Source: Mytilus californianus
Lineage: Eukaryota
Assembly: GCF_021869535.1 (NCBI RefSeq)
Contig: NW_026262712.1
Span: 31,124,001 to 31,188,000 of the forward strand
Length of the DNA: 64,000 bases
Reading direction: 5' to 3'
Below are positions 62,798 through 64,000 of the stretch, one piece after another. The position numbers and the translations under genes were made by a program. Every line of letters begins with the position of its first letter. The stretch's first letter is position 1. Under the pieces are notes generated by a model. The model made no database searches. It saw only the letters and a list, made by a program, of their open reading frames with translations, and was not told the origin of the DNA.

Positions 62798-63874
62798 CTT
62801 CATAGTTTTCTAAGGTTTGACTAGCGAGCTAGTCAGTATTTCTTTAAAGTTGCAATGTCTACTATACGCAACCATCGGTAGTTTTGGAAAAAGGGCGAAG
62901 TAGTTTTTAATCATGTTTACGCTAAACTATATTTATATTACCTAATGAAAAAAGATATTTGGTTACAAATACTAGTGGTATCTACTTGTCAGGTTCTGGG
63001 TCAAAGCGGAGTAACTCCGATCGTTTGATCCTGAACAAAGATTCAAAGTTACGATATATCATGCTCTTTATATCCCCTTTGCTTAAGATGACATTTGAAT
63101 TCAAATTGTATCTTCTAAATTCTGGGTGTTACTTTTAATTTTTGGGGCGAATATCTTCCCCTTTTAAAAACTTTCTTTGTTTAAAATTTTATAAGTATTT
63201 TAAAAAAGGGCGATAATCATTTGATACTTAAAGAACTCCTCAACTACTTCTCTTTATGAATGAGCTATTATAAACGCATCGTCTATCGAAAAACAAAATC
63301 TTACCTTTATACTTATATTTTTCGATGATTTCAAATTTCTTGGCTGCATTTACTTGCCATACTGGCGCCTATTTTCTGTACAAAGTATCAGCCATTAAAT
63401 GCAACACAACTGTTTTTCAACACTTTGGCTACTTAAGATTTCCCTGCTAGGTAATTTTATCGCATAATCACATTTTACTGCAATATTATAAACCCGTAAA
63501 ACATATTGAATGATTAAATTGAACTCAATGTTGGTAGATACACACTGGTGAAGTAACACACAGAATGTAAAAGATATAATTTGTAAGTCCAAAGGTCATC
63601 TTAAGCAAAAGGTATATAAGGAGCATGAGTAATATCATAACTGTGAATCTGCTCTCAATATCAAACGATCACAGTTACTCCGCTTTAAAAAAAAAAAAAA
63701 AAAACAAGCACGTACCGCTAGTATTTGTTACTAAATATCACTTTTCATTAGAAAATATAATATGCAAAATGTAGGGAACTATTTCCTTAACCACCAATGG
63801 TTGCGTATAGTAGACATTGCAACCTTAAAGAAATACTGACTAGCTGGCTAGTCAAACCTCAGAAAACTATGAAG
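62798..63874. mobile_element. Foldback/MITE-like element with long TIRs
   Basis: About 85-bp TIRs (cttcatagttttct.aggtttgactagc.agctagtcagtatttctttaa.gttgcaatgtctactatacgcaaccat) plus a second inner inverted pair (about 62960..63040 and 63655..63740). Confidence 0.8.
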
Positions 63875-64000
63875 GACTTGGTCAGGACCCCTGAAGAAAC
63901 ACCCACCCTTCATTTGAGCAACGTTAGATCATAAGGTTTGTTCTTTTCTGTTCTGCAGAAACACGATGTGTTGAGTCCTAAGGAATAGACGTACGTTGCA

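Overview
AT-rich eukaryotic genomic DNA, probably from a bivalve (mytilid-like repeats; this is an inference). No prokaryotic features and no CRISPR array. Two protein-coding genes converge. (1) A + strand 15-exon gene (1618..29856) that I assembled by hand from GT-AG exons. The splice phases are consistent throughout and give 873 aa: signal peptide, one Ig (V/I-type) domain and six divergent group-A-like SRCR domains, with no transmembrane segment, so it is probably secreted. (2) A - strand Toll-like receptor (36690..39268: LRRs, LRRCT, TM, TIR) whose start ATG is not in the long exon. The rest is transposon-dense: Penelope-like (Naiad-type) RT relics and termini, including one intact minimal hammerhead ribozyme; a CR1/L2-type LINE 3' fragment; several MITEs with TTAA or TA target duplications; a structurally complete Helentron-like HINE carrying a 114-bp array; 33-bp and 41-bp minisatellites; and locally duplicated non-coding blocks upstream of the TLR. 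The most interesting candidate is the secreted Ig-6xSRCR protein. Its disulfide pairs covary across domains, its Ig loop carries KRRQRRR-RGD, and its stop codon lies in the first unit of a minisatellite. All work was manual. Repeat boundaries are approximate unless TIRs or TSDs are quoted.
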